Below, piece by piece: positions 49,224 to 58,183 of a stretch of DNA of 64,000 bases. This DNA comes from an uncultured Hyphomicrobiales bacterium (GTDB taxonomy: Bacteria; Pseudomonadota; Alphaproteobacteria; Rhizobiales; Beijerinckiaceae). The stretch covers positions 798 to 64,797 of the forward strand of contig CAIZGR010000666.1 in the NCBI GenBank assembly GCA_903932535.1, given 5' to 3'. A program made the position numbers and the translations under genes. The stretch's first letter is position 1, and each line of letters starts with the position of its first letter. Below the pieces are notes generated by a model. The model was not told where the DNA came from. It ran no database searches and was given only the letters and a program-made list of their open reading frames with translations.

Positions 49224-49790
49224 ATGGCCCTCGACCGCAAGCTGAACTTCCTGATCCCGGTCGACACCGACAAGGGCGAACTCACCGTGCGCTCGGCCCC
49301 GGTCTCGGCCGCGTTCTTCCGGCAGAACTTCCTGGCGATCTCGAAGACTTTCGCCAGGCTTCACGGCGAGGGCCTCGGGATCACGACCGCGCCCCGCATC
49401 GCCGCGATGATGCTGGAGAACGTGGAGCGCGAGCTCGCCGGCACCCCGCTGGACGAGCCGGCGCCGCCGTCCGCGGTGATGAACGAGATCCGCCGCCTGA
49501 CCACCGTCCAGATACCCGACCAGGGCCTCGTGCCGTGGGCGCAGGTCGTCACCGCCAAGATGCTGAGCGACGAGGACGTGGAGGAGGTCGAGAACGCGGT
49601 GGTTTTTTTTATAGTGGCTTCGTCGATGTACCACCGCCGGGACGTGGAGGAGATGGTCGGTGGAGCTGCGAAACTGTGGAATGCGCGACTCGAATATTCC
49701 GGCACTACGGCATCGGCGCCTTCCTCGCAGACGTCGAGCGCGGCCGCGAGTTCTGGCGCGACGGCGACACCTTCTGCCATTCCGCGCTAG
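49224..49790 (+). CDS. Tail assembly chaperone (G-like product)
   Basis: Between tube and tape measure. Contains the slippery run. ATG 49224 lies 2 nt after the tube stop. Confidence 0.6.
   Translation: MALDRKLNFLIPVDTDKGELTVRSAPVSAAFFRQNFLAISKTFARLHGEGLGITTAPRIAAMMLENVERELAGTPLDEPAPPSAVMNEIRRLTTVQIPDQGLVPWAQVVTAKMLSDEDVEEVENAVVFFIVASSMYHRRDVEEMVGGAAKLWNARLEYSGTTASAPSSQTSSAAASSGATATPSAIPR
49604..49610 (+). promoter_or_regulatory. Candidate -1 programmed frameshift heptamer T TTT TTT
   Basis: The T8 run at 49603-49610 is in X XXY YYZ register with the chaperone frame. The -1 frame is open from 49535 to 49930. Confidence 0.4.
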
Positions 49791-49930
49791 AGTGGGCTTC
49801 GACCTCCGGCTTCGCCGCGGTCTGCCGATCCCTCTCGGGCGGTGACGCCAAGCTGGAGTTCTCGACGGCGCAGCAGTACCGGGAGCGCCACGTGATCGAG
49901 GCGATCAGGGCCCTGGCGGGCAAGGGGTGA
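49611..49930 (+). other. -1 frame extension of the chaperone (GT-like product), or an independent ORF from GTG 49676
   Basis: GC3 bias switches to this frame from about 49690 (GIGAFLADVERGREFWRDGDTFCHSALEW...). It ends 4 nt before the tape measure start. Confidence 0.4.
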
Positions 49931-49934
49931 CCAG

Positions 49935-51599
49935 GTGGCCGTCCGCAGCATCATCGACGTCGAGGTGGACTCCGCCGGCAACTTCGCCCGGTTCGCCGCC
50001 AAATATGACGCCTACCAGAAGCTCCTGAAGGAATCGCCCGCGGCGTGGGCGAAGGTGACCGACGGCATCGGCCGGACGCGCAAGGAGTTCGACCAGGTCG
50101 TCAAGCAGCAGGTCGCGACGATCGCGCGCGCGAAGCTGCTGGCCGACGCCGAGCGCGAGGCGCTCCGGATCACCACCACCATCGGCGACCGCTGGCGCGA
50201 GCTCGCCCGCAACACGAAGTCGACGGCCGCGAACATCAAGGACGCGACGACGTCGCTGCTGAAGTGGACCGCCCTGACCGGGGTGGTCTCCGGGCTGCTC
50301 GGCGCGGGCGGCCTGTTCGGGATCAACCGGCTCGCGGCGAGCGTGTCGGCCGGCCGGCAGTCGTCGATGGGTCTCGGCGCGTCCTACGGCCAGGCGAAGT
50401 CGTTCGGCGTCAACTTCGGGCGGCTCGTCGACCCCGGCTCGTTCCTCGGCTCGATCGCGGACGCCCGCGGCGACGTGACGAAGCGCGTCGGGTTCTACGG
50501 CGCCGGCCTCGGCGAGCACCAGCTCGGCGGCAGCACCGCCGACGTGGGCGTCGAGGTCCTGCGCGGCCTCAAGAAGCTCGCCGACAACACCGACCCGAAG
50601 CTCTACGCGCAGCTCGTCCAGTCGCGCCAGCTCGGCCTGGTCGGCGGCTCCTCCGAGCTTCTGCGGCTGTTGCGGGCGACCTCCGGGGCCGAGTTCGAGC
50701 AGCTCGCCGGCGGCTACCGCAAGAACGTCGGCGGCCTCGACCTGTCGAGCGACACGCAGAAGAAGTGGCAGGACTTTTACACGCAGATCGGCCGGGCCGG
50801 AGAGCAGATCGAGAACACGTTCGTCAAGGGCCTGCTGCCGCTCGTGCCGGGCCTCGACAAGCTGTCCGCCGGCGTGGAGAAGACCATCCGGACGTTCCTC
50901 GCGTCCGACGCCGTGAAGAAGTGGATGGACGAGGCCGGCAAGGGCCTCGAGATGCTGGCCGAGCACGTCGGCAAGCCAGAGTTCGAGCAGAACGTCCGGG
51001 CGCTCGTCACCGGGATCGGCGCAATCGCCTCGGCCATGGGCCGGTTCATCGCCTGGTTCGGCGGCTCCTCGCTGCAGACGCCCGACAAGACCTCCGTCAA
51101 CCGCGGCAACGAGGTGCCGACCGACCCCGGCCAGCGCAAGTTCAACGCGTGGGCGAACTACGTGACCGGCGGCGCGAACACGTCGCCGATCGGCACCGAG
51201 GCCTACATCAGGGACGCGGCCAAGAGGCGCGGCATCAACCCGGACGTGGCCGTGGCCGTGGCGCGCAGCGAGGGCCTGTCCAACTACGTCGGGGACAAGG
51301 GCACGTCGTTCGGGCCGTTCCAGCTCCACTACAAGAACAACATCCCGGGCCTGAGCAACGGCGGCCTGGGCGACGAGTTCACCAAGGCCACCGGCCTGCA
51401 CGCGCGGGACCCGAACACGGTCAAGCAGCAGATCGACTTCGCGCTCGACCAGGCGCTGCGCGGCGGATGGGGGCCGTGGCACGGCTGGAAGGGCGACCCG
51501 CGCGCCGGCTTGCCGAGCGGCGGCGCGACGGTCAGGATCGAGAACAACACCGGCGGCAACGCCATCGTGACGACCAACCAGCTCGGCGGGCAGCAGTGA
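49935..51599 (+). CDS. Tape measure protein with C-terminal lytic transglycosylase (SLT)-like domain
   Basis: 554 aa, helical with a Gly-rich TM-like centre. C-terminal AVARSEGLSNYVGDKGTSFGPFQL is an SLT-type E...S..G.FQ pattern. Confidence 0.8.
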   Translation: MAVRSIIDVEVDSAGNFARFAAKYDAYQKLLKESPAAWAKVTDGIGRTRKEFDQVVKQQVATIARAKLLADAEREALRITTTIGDRWRELARNTKSTAANIKDATTSLLKWTALTGVVSGLLGAGGLFGINRLAASVSAGRQSSMGLGASYGQAKSFGVNFGRLVDPGSFLGSIADARGDVTKRVGFYGAGLGEHQLGGSTADVGVEVLRGLKKLADNTDPKLYAQLVQSRQLGLVGGSSELLRLLRATSGAEFEQLAGGYRKNVGGLDLSSDTQKKWQDFYTQIGRAGEQIENTFVKGLLPLVPGLDKLSAGVEKTIRTFLASDAVKKWMDEAGKGLEMLAEHVGKPEFEQNVRALVTGIGAIASAMGRFIAWFGGSSLQTPDKTSVNRGNEVPTDPGQRKFNAWANYVTGGANTSPIGTEAYIRDAAKRRGINPDVAVAVARSEGLSNYVGDKGTSFGPFQLHYKNNIPGLSNGGLGDEFTKATGLHARDPNTVKQQIDFALDQALRGGWGPWHGWKGDPRAGLPSGGATVRIENNTGGNAIVTTNQLGGQQ

Positions 51600-51600
51600 A

Positions 51601-52341
51601 ATGAATCCCGGTTTGGCGGCATATAAGTTGAGCTTTCAAATCTCCCCGATCATCCTGACCGGGGGCGTCGCCGGGTTCATCCCCGGCGGCATGCTGCCGA
51701 TCATCTCGATCACGGAGGCCCTCAGCTTCGCCGTCGGCCTCCTCGGGACCGGCGGCGAGGACGTCGACCTCGATCAGTTCTTCTGCAACTTCCAGCCGCT
51801 CCCCGGCGGCTCGTTCATCGACCAGCAGATCGGGCACTACCCGTTCGCCAACCAGGCCGTCGCCGCGAACGCGGTGATCGCCCAGCCGCTCTTGATCTCG
51901 ATGGAGATGATCTGCCCGGCGCGCGGGGCGCTCGGCTACGCGACGAAGCTGGCGACGATGACGGCGCTCCAGACCACGCTCGCGCAGCACAACGCGTCTG
52001 GCGGCACCTACACGGTCGCGACGCCTTCGCGGTTCTACGACGACTGCGTCATGCTCCGGATGGTCGACGTCTCCGGCGGGACCGACAAGCAGGTTCAATC
52101 GCGGTGGCGCCTCGACTTCGAGCAGCCGCTGCTCACGCTCCAGCAGGCGGCGCAGGCGCAGAACTCTCTGATGGGCAAGATCTCGTCCGGGGTCCCGATC
52201 GGCGGCGACCCGCCGGCGTGGTCCGGCCTGCCGCCGACCGTGGGCGTGCCGTCGTCGGTCGCCGGGCCCGGCGTCATCCCGGCGCTGTCGGGGCCGTCGG
52301 GCGGCAGCGTGTCGTCGCCAGACTTCTTCGGAGACGAATGA
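51601..52341 (+). CDS. Tail/baseplate protein (246 aa)
   Basis: ORF track. Position after the tape measure. Confidence 0.6.
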   Translation: MNPGLAAYKLSFQISPIILTGGVAGFIPGGMLPIISITEALSFAVGLLGTGGEDVDLDQFFCNFQPLPGGSFIDQQIGHYPFANQAVAANAVIAQPLLISMEMICPARGALGYATKLATMTALQTTLAQHNASGGTYTVATPSRFYDDCVMLRMVDVSGGTDKQVQSRWRLDFEQPLLTLQQAAQAQNSLMGKISSGVPIGGDPPAWSGLPPTVGVPSSVAGPGVIPALSGPSGGSVSSPDFFGDE

Positions 52342-52607
52342 TGGAACGGTTCCCGTTCACCCCGTCGGGCGCGGCCCCGTTCGAGTTTCAGCCGACGCTC
52401 GATGGCCTCCAATACACCGTCGTCGTCACCTGGAACGTGTTCGGGCGGCGCTACTACGTAAACGTCTACCAGCTCGACGGCACCCTGGTGCTCGCGACGG
52501 CGTGCGTGGGCTCTCCGAACGACCGCGACATCAACCTGATCGGCGGGTACTTCACCTCGACCATGGTCTTCCGCGCGCAGAGCCAGCAGTTCGAGGTCGC
52601 GGCCTAG
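52338..52607 (+). CDS. Hypothetical tail protein (89 aa)
   Basis: ATGA overlap at the start. Protein-like tail of ORF 52104..52607. Confidence 0.5.
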   Translation: MMERFPFTPSGAAPFEFQPTLDGLQYTVVVTWNVFGRRYYVNVYQLDGTLVLATACVGSPNDRDINLIGGYFTSTMVFRAQSQQFEVAA

Positions 52608-53657
52608 ATGCGCTACTACAGCATCAACATCGAGGGCGCCCCCCCGGGCTTCGGCGCGGCCGGCCTGGGCGCCGCGACCTACACCAGCTTCGTCGGCGGC
52701 CGGACGCTGCCCGCCGCCTGGAACGTGGAGTTCGACATCCCGGTCGGCCCCGCGTCGGCGCCCATGGGCGGCGCGCTCGTCCGGGTGTGGGGGATCAGCC
52801 TGGCCGAGATCGGTCAGGCCGCGGACCTCGTCAACAAGAAGATCAAGGTCTTCGGCGGCATGCAGCGCGGCCTCCCGCTCGCCAACCCGGCGCAGGCGGG
52901 CCTGCTCGTCCAGGGCTACGTGTTCCAGGCCTTCGGCAACTGGATCGGCACCGACATGACGCTCGACCTGGTCATCCAGCCGGGCGATCCGCCGGGGCAG
53001 TCGGCCTCGGGCGGTGTCCAGGCCGGCGGCGGCACCGGTTCCTACGACCGGCCGATCAACCTGGTGCTGAACTGGAAGAAGGGAAAGACGCTCGGCGCCG
53101 CGATCGAGACCGCGCTCAAGACCGCGTTCCCGGGCATGACGGCGTCGGTCAGCGCGAGCGAGAACCTCGTGCGGCAGAACGACGAGGTCGCCTACTTCCA
53201 GACGCTGACGCAGCTCGGCCAGTGGGCCAAGCAGATGAGCAAGAGCATCGTCAAGACCGCCGGCTACAACGGGATCGAGATCCTGGTGGCGGGCAACGAG
53301 ATCGGGGTCTACGACGGCTCCGGCGCGGCCTCCGGCGCGGCCCTGCAGATCGAGTTCGCCGACCTGATCGGGCAGCCGACGTGGATCGAGGCGCCGATCA
53401 TCCAGTGCAAGTGCGTCATGCGCGCCGACGTTAGGGTCGGTAAGACGATAAAGATGCCGCAGACCTCGGTGATCAACACCGCCCAGGCGCTCTCGTCGCT
53501 GCTGCCGAACCAGCGCGTCACCTTCCAGGGCGAGTTCATGGTCCAGCAGATCAGGCACCTCGCGAACTTCCGCCAGCCGGACGCCAACTCGTGGGTCACG
53601 GTCATCAACGCCGCGCCGACCTCGCTGGGCGCGGCCGGGGGAGCGCCCGGTGGCTGA
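52608..53657 (+). CDS. Baseplate hub / late-control-D-like protein
   Basis: 349 aa. Position upstream of the spike. Confidence 0.6.
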   Translation: MRYYSINIEGAPPGFGAAGLGAATYTSFVGGRTLPAAWNVEFDIPVGPASAPMGGALVRVWGISLAEIGQAADLVNKKIKVFGGMQRGLPLANPAQAGLLVQGYVFQAFGNWIGTDMTLDLVIQPGDPPGQSASGGVQAGGGTGSYDRPINLVLNWKKGKTLGAAIETALKTAFPGMTASVSASENLVRQNDEVAYFQTLTQLGQWAKQMSKSIVKTAGYNGIEILVAGNEIGVYDGSGAASGAALQIEFADLIGQPTWIEAPIIQCKCVMRADVRVGKTIKMPQTSVINTAQALSSLLPNQRVTFQGEFMVQQIRHLANFRQPDANSWVTVINAAPTSLGAAGGAPGG

Positions 53658-54375
53658 CAACGCGCAGAAGAACTGGCTCCAGCTCTCGCTGAACCGATTC
53701 GGCCAGAAGAAGGCCGCCGAGGCGATCCAGCAGCTCGGCAAGGCCCTGCCGTGCTCGGTGGCGGCGATCCCGGTGGCGGGGGTCCCCATCGTCACCGTCA
53801 AGTTCGAGGTCAACGCCGCGCCGTTCACGATTCCCAACGTCACCTGCCCGCTGTTCGGCCCGGAGTGGATTCGCTACCCGGTCGCGGTCGGGACGAAGGG
53901 CGTGGTGTTCCCGGCCGACGCCTACCTCGGCGGCGTCTCCGGGATCGGCGACGGGGTCGCGCAGCTCGGCGTGCTGCCGGGCAACCTGTCGGCGCTGGTG
54001 TTCTTCCCCATCGGCAACAAGACGTGGGACCCGAGCGAGTCCCCGAACTCCCTCGTGCTTTACGGGCCGGACGGGGTTATCATCCGGGACGCGGAGAAAA
54101 AGACGACGATCACGCTGACGGTCGACGGCGTCGTGATCCAGGTCCAGGCCGGCAAGGCCCTGACCGTGGAGGGGAACCTGATCGTGAGCGGCAACCTTCA
54201 GCTCGGCGGCACGATCGAGGCGCAGCCCGGTGGCGCGCCCTACGCCGGCGACATCCACACGACCGGCAACGTCGTGGCGGGCTTCGGCACCGGTGACCAG
54301 GTCGGCCTCAAGACCCACACGCACACGTCGGCGACCGCGGGCAACCCGACGTCGCCGCCGACCGCGGGGACCTGA
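53650..54375 (+). CDS. Baseplate central spike (gpV / Mu gp45-like)
   Basis: C-terminal GLKTHTHTSATAGNPTSPP resembles the HxH...G.PT..P spike-apex motif. Confidence 0.65.
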   Translation: MADNAQKNWLQLSLNRFGQKKAAEAIQQLGKALPCSVAAIPVAGVPIVTVKFEVNAAPFTIPNVTCPLFGPEWIRYPVAVGTKGVVFPADAYLGGVSGIGDGVAQLGVLPGNLSALVFFPIGNKTWDPSESPNSLVLYGPDGVIIRDAEKKTTITLTVDGVVIQVQAGKALTVEGNLIVSGNLQLGGTIEAQPGGAPYAGDIHTTGNVVAGFGTGDQVGLKTHTHTSATAGNPTSPPTAGT

Positions 54376-54376
54376 C

Positions 54377-54730
54377 ATGCGGACCTACGGGCGCACCTAC
54401 GACGCCGACGGGCTTCCGACGTGGGTCGAGGTCTCGACCGACGCCGAGGGCCGCAACGACTTCGTGTGGGCGACGACGCTCTGCCAGGTTCTGCAGCTCA
54501 ACCTGAACGAGTCGCCGTTCTACGCGAACTACGGAATCCCGGCGAAGACCTCGCTGATCCAGCAGGTCGCGCCGGACTTCTACGTCATGCGGGTCCAGCA
54601 GCAGTTCTCGCAATACTTCGCCAACCTGGTGATCTCCAGGGTGCCGCTCGCGGCGGCGCCGGTCTACCGGGTCAACGTGACCACCAACCAGGGCGTCAAG
54701 CTGAACGCGGAAGTGCCGATCCCGACATGA
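54377..54730 (+). CDS. Baseplate protein candidate (117 aa)
   Basis: Protein-like tail of ORF 54230..54730, beginning at ATG 54377. Confidence 0.5.
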   Translation: MRTYGRTYDADGLPTWVEVSTDAEGRNDFVWATTLCQVLQLNLNESPFYANYGIPAKTSLIQQVAPDFYVMRVQQQFSQYFANLVISRVPLAAAPVYRVNVTTNQGVKLNAEVPIPT

Positions 54731-55032
54731 GCGAGGCCCACGTCACCTTCCACGACGAGGCGGGCGCCGAGGTCCCGGCGGAGACGGCCACGCTGTTCTC
54801 GTTCAAGTGCCCGCGGCGCCGGCGCGGCCGCTGCGAGCGCCTCCTGATCGCCGGGCGGACGAACCGCCGGCGCGATCCTCAAGGCCAGAACGGCGGCTCC
54901 GCGATGTGGGACTTCGACGGGAACGCGGCCGCGCCGACGTTCTCCCCGTCGATAAATTGCAAAGGATGCTGGCACGGGTATATTCGCGCCGGGCGCTGCG
55001 TGACCGCGGCTGGCAGGGACGAGCCGACATGA
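54727..55032 (+). CDS. DUF6527-like Cys-containing protein (101 aa)
   Basis: FKCP...C......WDFDGNAAAPTFSPSINCKGCWHGYIRAGRC pattern. ATGA overlaps. Confidence 0.5.
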   Translation: MSEAHVTFHDEAGAEVPAETATLFSFKCPRRRRGRCERLLIAGRTNRRRDPQGQNGGSAMWDFDGNAAAPTFSPSINCKGCWHGYIRAGRCVTAAGRDEPT

Positions 55033-56462
55033 CCGATCTCCCGACCGTGGTGACGAGGGCGGGCCTCCAGCCCCAGAGTCCGGCGTCGATCCGCCAGCAG
55101 CTCGTCGCGGCGGTGGCGGCGACAAACCCGGGCTACACGGACTCGCTGCCCGGCTCGCTGATCGAGGACGTCTCGTCGACCGACGTCGCGGCCATCGCGC
55201 TCTGCGACCAGGCGCGGGTCGAGACGGTGAACTCTCTCACGCCATACGGCGCGAACGCGTTCTTGCTGAGCCAGCTAGGGCAAATCTACATAGGTCCCGG
55301 CTCCAAGCCGGCGGTCCCGACGAACACGGCGGTGTCGGTGGTCTTCGCCGGCACCGTGGGCTTCGTCATCGCCGCGGGCTTCACGGTCTCGGACGGGACT
55401 TACCAATACGTCGTCCAGGACGGCGGCGTGATCGGCGATGACGGAAGCTCCGACGCCCTGTTCTGCCTGGCCACGGTCGCGGGATCGTGGGCGGTCCCGA
55501 CGAACACGGTCAACGAACTCGTCACCTCTGTGCCGAGCGGCGTGGACCTGACGTGCAACAACCCGCTCGCCGGCGTCCCCGGCGGCGACGCCGAGACCGA
55601 GGAATCCTACCGGGCGCGCGTGCTGCGGGCCGGGCAGGCCGTGGCCCAGGGCATGGCCTCGATGCTCAAGACGCTGGTCGGCGAGGTCTCGGGCGTCCAG
55701 CAGCGCCTGATCTCCGTCATCCAGCAGTCGGGCGGCGGATGGGAGATCGTCGTCGGCGGCGGCGACCCCTACCGGGTGGCCTACGCGATCTACACCGCGC
55801 TGTTCGACGTCTCGTCGCTGGTCGGCTCGAGCTTGCGGGTGACGAACATAACCCAGGCCAACCCCGGCGTCGTCACCACCGACCTGAACCACGGCTACGC
55901 GACCGGGCAGACCGGCGTGGAGATCACGGGCGTCGTCGGCATGACGGCGATCAACGCGCAGGAGATCCCTGCGATCACGGTCGTCGACGAGAAGACCTTC
56001 AGCATCGGCATCGACACCAGGCCCTACAACGCCTACGTCTCCGGCGGCGTGGTGACGCCCAACCTGCGCAACGTGGTCGTCAGCCTGAACGACTACCCCG
56101 ACGTGTACGCGATCCCCTTCGTCAACCCGCCGCAGCAGACCGTGGCGATCGCGCTGACGTGGGACACGTCGGCCGAGAACTTCGTGTCGAGCGCGGCCGT
56201 GTCCCAGCTCGGCAACCCCGCGCTCGTCTCCTACGTCAACTCGATCCCGGTCGGCGCCCCGATGAACCTGTTCGAGATGCAGACCGCGTTCCAGGCCGCC
56301 GTCGCGAGCGTCCTTGCGCCGGCGCTCTTGACGCGTATGGTGTTCGCGGTGTCGATAAACGGGATCGGCGTCGACCCGTCGGCCGGCACCGGGATCATCG
56401 CGGGCGACCCGGAGAGCTACTTCCTCACCAGCGCGCCTCAAGTCGTCATAACCCAGGGATGA
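55029..56462 (+). CDS. Baseplate J-like protein
   Basis: 477 aa. GDAETEESYRARV is typical of gpJ/gp47-family proteins. ATGA overlap. Confidence 0.7.
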   Translation: MTDLPTVVTRAGLQPQSPASIRQQLVAAVAATNPGYTDSLPGSLIEDVSSTDVAAIALCDQARVETVNSLTPYGANAFLLSQLGQIYIGPGSKPAVPTNTAVSVVFAGTVGFVIAAGFTVSDGTYQYVVQDGGVIGDDGSSDALFCLATVAGSWAVPTNTVNELVTSVPSGVDLTCNNPLAGVPGGDAETEESYRARVLRAGQAVAQGMASMLKTLVGEVSGVQQRLISVIQQSGGGWEIVVGGGDPYRVAYAIYTALFDVSSLVGSSLRVTNITQANPGVVTTDLNHGYATGQTGVEITGVVGMTAINAQEIPAITVVDEKTFSIGIDTRPYNAYVSGGVVTPNLRNVVVSLNDYPDVYAIPFVNPPQQTVAIALTWDTSAENFVSSAAVSQLGNPALVSYVNSIPVGAPMNLFEMQTAFQAAVASVLAPALLTRMVFAVSINGIGVDPSAGTGIIAGDPESYFLTSAPQVVITQG

Positions 56463-56466
56463 AGCG

Positions 56467-57540
56467 GTGATCGACCCGACCTCCCTTTACAGAACGGTCG
56501 TCTCCGAGGTCGCGGACGCCGGCGCCGCCGTGGTCGCCATGTTCGGCCCGGTCGCCGGCGGCGTGATCACCAACCCGCGCTACGCGGAGGACCAAGGCCT
56601 CGACGCGGCCGAGGTCCTGTGGATCGACGTCGTCGGCCCGGCCACGCTCGGGGTGAACCCGACCTCGATCCCGCTCCAGCCGGGCCAGACCTACACGGTC
56701 GCGCCCGGCCAGACGACGAACGTCAGCGTCAACGCGGCGAGCGCGGGCCACAAGTTCTCCGGCGTGGTCTACCAGCCGCAGACGCCCTACCCGCCGGCGC
56801 CGCAGGCCGGCGGCTTCCCTCCGGCCGGCCCCGTCACGCTCACGCGGACGATCCCGTCCTACCTCTACGAGCAGTACGCGGACGACGAGGACCTCCAGGC
56901 CTTCGTCGCGGCCTACAACGCGCTCGCGCAGCAATACGTCGCGTGGTTCGCCGCGGTCGGCCTGGCAGTCTACACCAGCCCGCAGATCGCGGGGTCGCTG
57001 CTCGATTGGGTGGCGGCCGGACTCTACGGAATGGTGCGGCCGTCGCTCTCGTCGGGGATGAACCGCGACCTCGGGCCGCTCAACACCTACGCCTTCAACA
57101 CGCTGGCGCTGAACGCGCGCCGGGCGGTGGGCGCGCAGAACGTGACGGTGACGACCGACGACATCTTCAAGCGCATCATCACCTGGAACTTCTACAAGGG
57201 CGATGGAAACGAGTTCAACGTCCGGTGGCTGAAGCGCAGGATCATGCGGTTCCTGATCGGCGTCGACGGGTCCGCGCCCAACGTAGACCAAACCTACCTC
57301 ATCTCGATCACGTTCGGCGCCGCCGGCGCGGTCAGCATCAGGATCGCGAGCGGCTCGCGGATCGTCAACGGCGGCGCGCTGTTCGACAGGTTCGCCTTCA
57401 ACTCGATGCCCTACAACGCGCTGCGGACGTCGTTCGTCCCCGGCCCGGATCCTCTGCCGTATCAGTCGGTCCTGCGGGAGGCGGTCGCCTCCGGGGTCTT
57501 GCAGCTTCCGTTCCAGTACCGCTTCTCCGTGGCCGCCTAG
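56467..57540 (+). CDS. Baseplate/tail protein (gpI position) with N-terminal about 95-aa domain paralogous to 59566..59877
   Basis: ORF track (GTG start). Shares the motif PGQTT..V.VNAASAGHKFS.VVY with the paralogue. Confidence 0.6.
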   Translation: MIDPTSLYRTVVSEVADAGAAVVAMFGPVAGGVITNPRYAEDQGLDAAEVLWIDVVGPATLGVNPTSIPLQPGQTYTVAPGQTTNVSVNAASAGHKFSGVVYQPQTPYPPAPQAGGFPPAGPVTLTRTIPSYLYEQYADDEDLQAFVAAYNALAQQYVAWFAAVGLAVYTSPQIAGSLLDWVAAGLYGMVRPSLSSGMNRDLGPLNTYAFNTLALNARRAVGAQNVTVTTDDIFKRIITWNFYKGDGNEFNVRWLKRRIMRFLIGVDGSAPNVDQTYLISITFGAAGAVSIRIASGSRIVNGGALFDRFAFNSMPYNALRTSFVPGPDPLPYQSVLREAVASGVLQLPFQYRFSVAA

Positions 57541-57553
57541 AAGGACAATCATC

Positions 57554-58183
57554 GTGAGCACCTTCATCTTCGCGAACAACGCGTCCTCCACCCTCGCCGG
57601 GCCAATCTCGAACGCGGCGACCGGGCTGAACCTGGCCTCCGGAACCGGGGCGCTGTTTCCAAACCCGAGCGTCGGCCAGCAGTTCGCCCTGACCCTCAAC
57701 GACGTGTCGACCGGCCTGCTGACCGAGATCGTCTACTGCACCGCCAGGGTCGACGACACGCTGACGGTCGTCCGCGCCCAGGAGGGAACGGTCGCCCAGA
57801 ACTGGCTGGCCGGAGACCTCGCCGCGAACCTCGTCACGAAGGGGCAGATGGACGCGATGGTGCAGACCGCGTCGCTCTATCCGTCTCGCATCGTGGCGGC
57901 GAGCGGCGTTTTCGTCATGACGAACGCGGACGCGAACGGCGGCATCGGCTTAAACCGCCTAGCGGCGCTGGGCGTCTCGTCGACCACGCTTCCGGCGACG
58001 GCGCTGGCCGGTCAGCTCTACGCGATCGAGGACCTCGCGAAGAATTTCAACGCGTACCCGGTGACCGTGAACGCGCCAGCCGGCATGACCTTGGCAGGAG
58101 CGGCGGCGGTAGTTTTGAACGTGAACGGACAATGCGGATTTTTCCGCTTCTACGGCAGCAACATCTGGAGCTTCAAGCCATGA
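57554..58183 (+). CDS. Tail fibre N-terminal-type protein
   Basis: ANNASSTLAGPISNAATGLNLASGTGALFPNP..GQQFALTL....EIVYCTAR..DTLTV.RAQEGT is a widespread phage tail-fibre N-terminal pattern. Confidence 0.65.
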   Translation: MSTFIFANNASSTLAGPISNAATGLNLASGTGALFPNPSVGQQFALTLNDVSTGLLTEIVYCTARVDDTLTVVRAQEGTVAQNWLAGDLAANLVTKGQMDAMVQTASLYPSRIVAASGVFVMTNADANGGIGLNRLAALGVSSTTLPATALAGQLYAIEDLAKNFNAYPVTVNAPAGMTLAGAAAVVLNVNGQCGFFRFYGSNIWSFKP

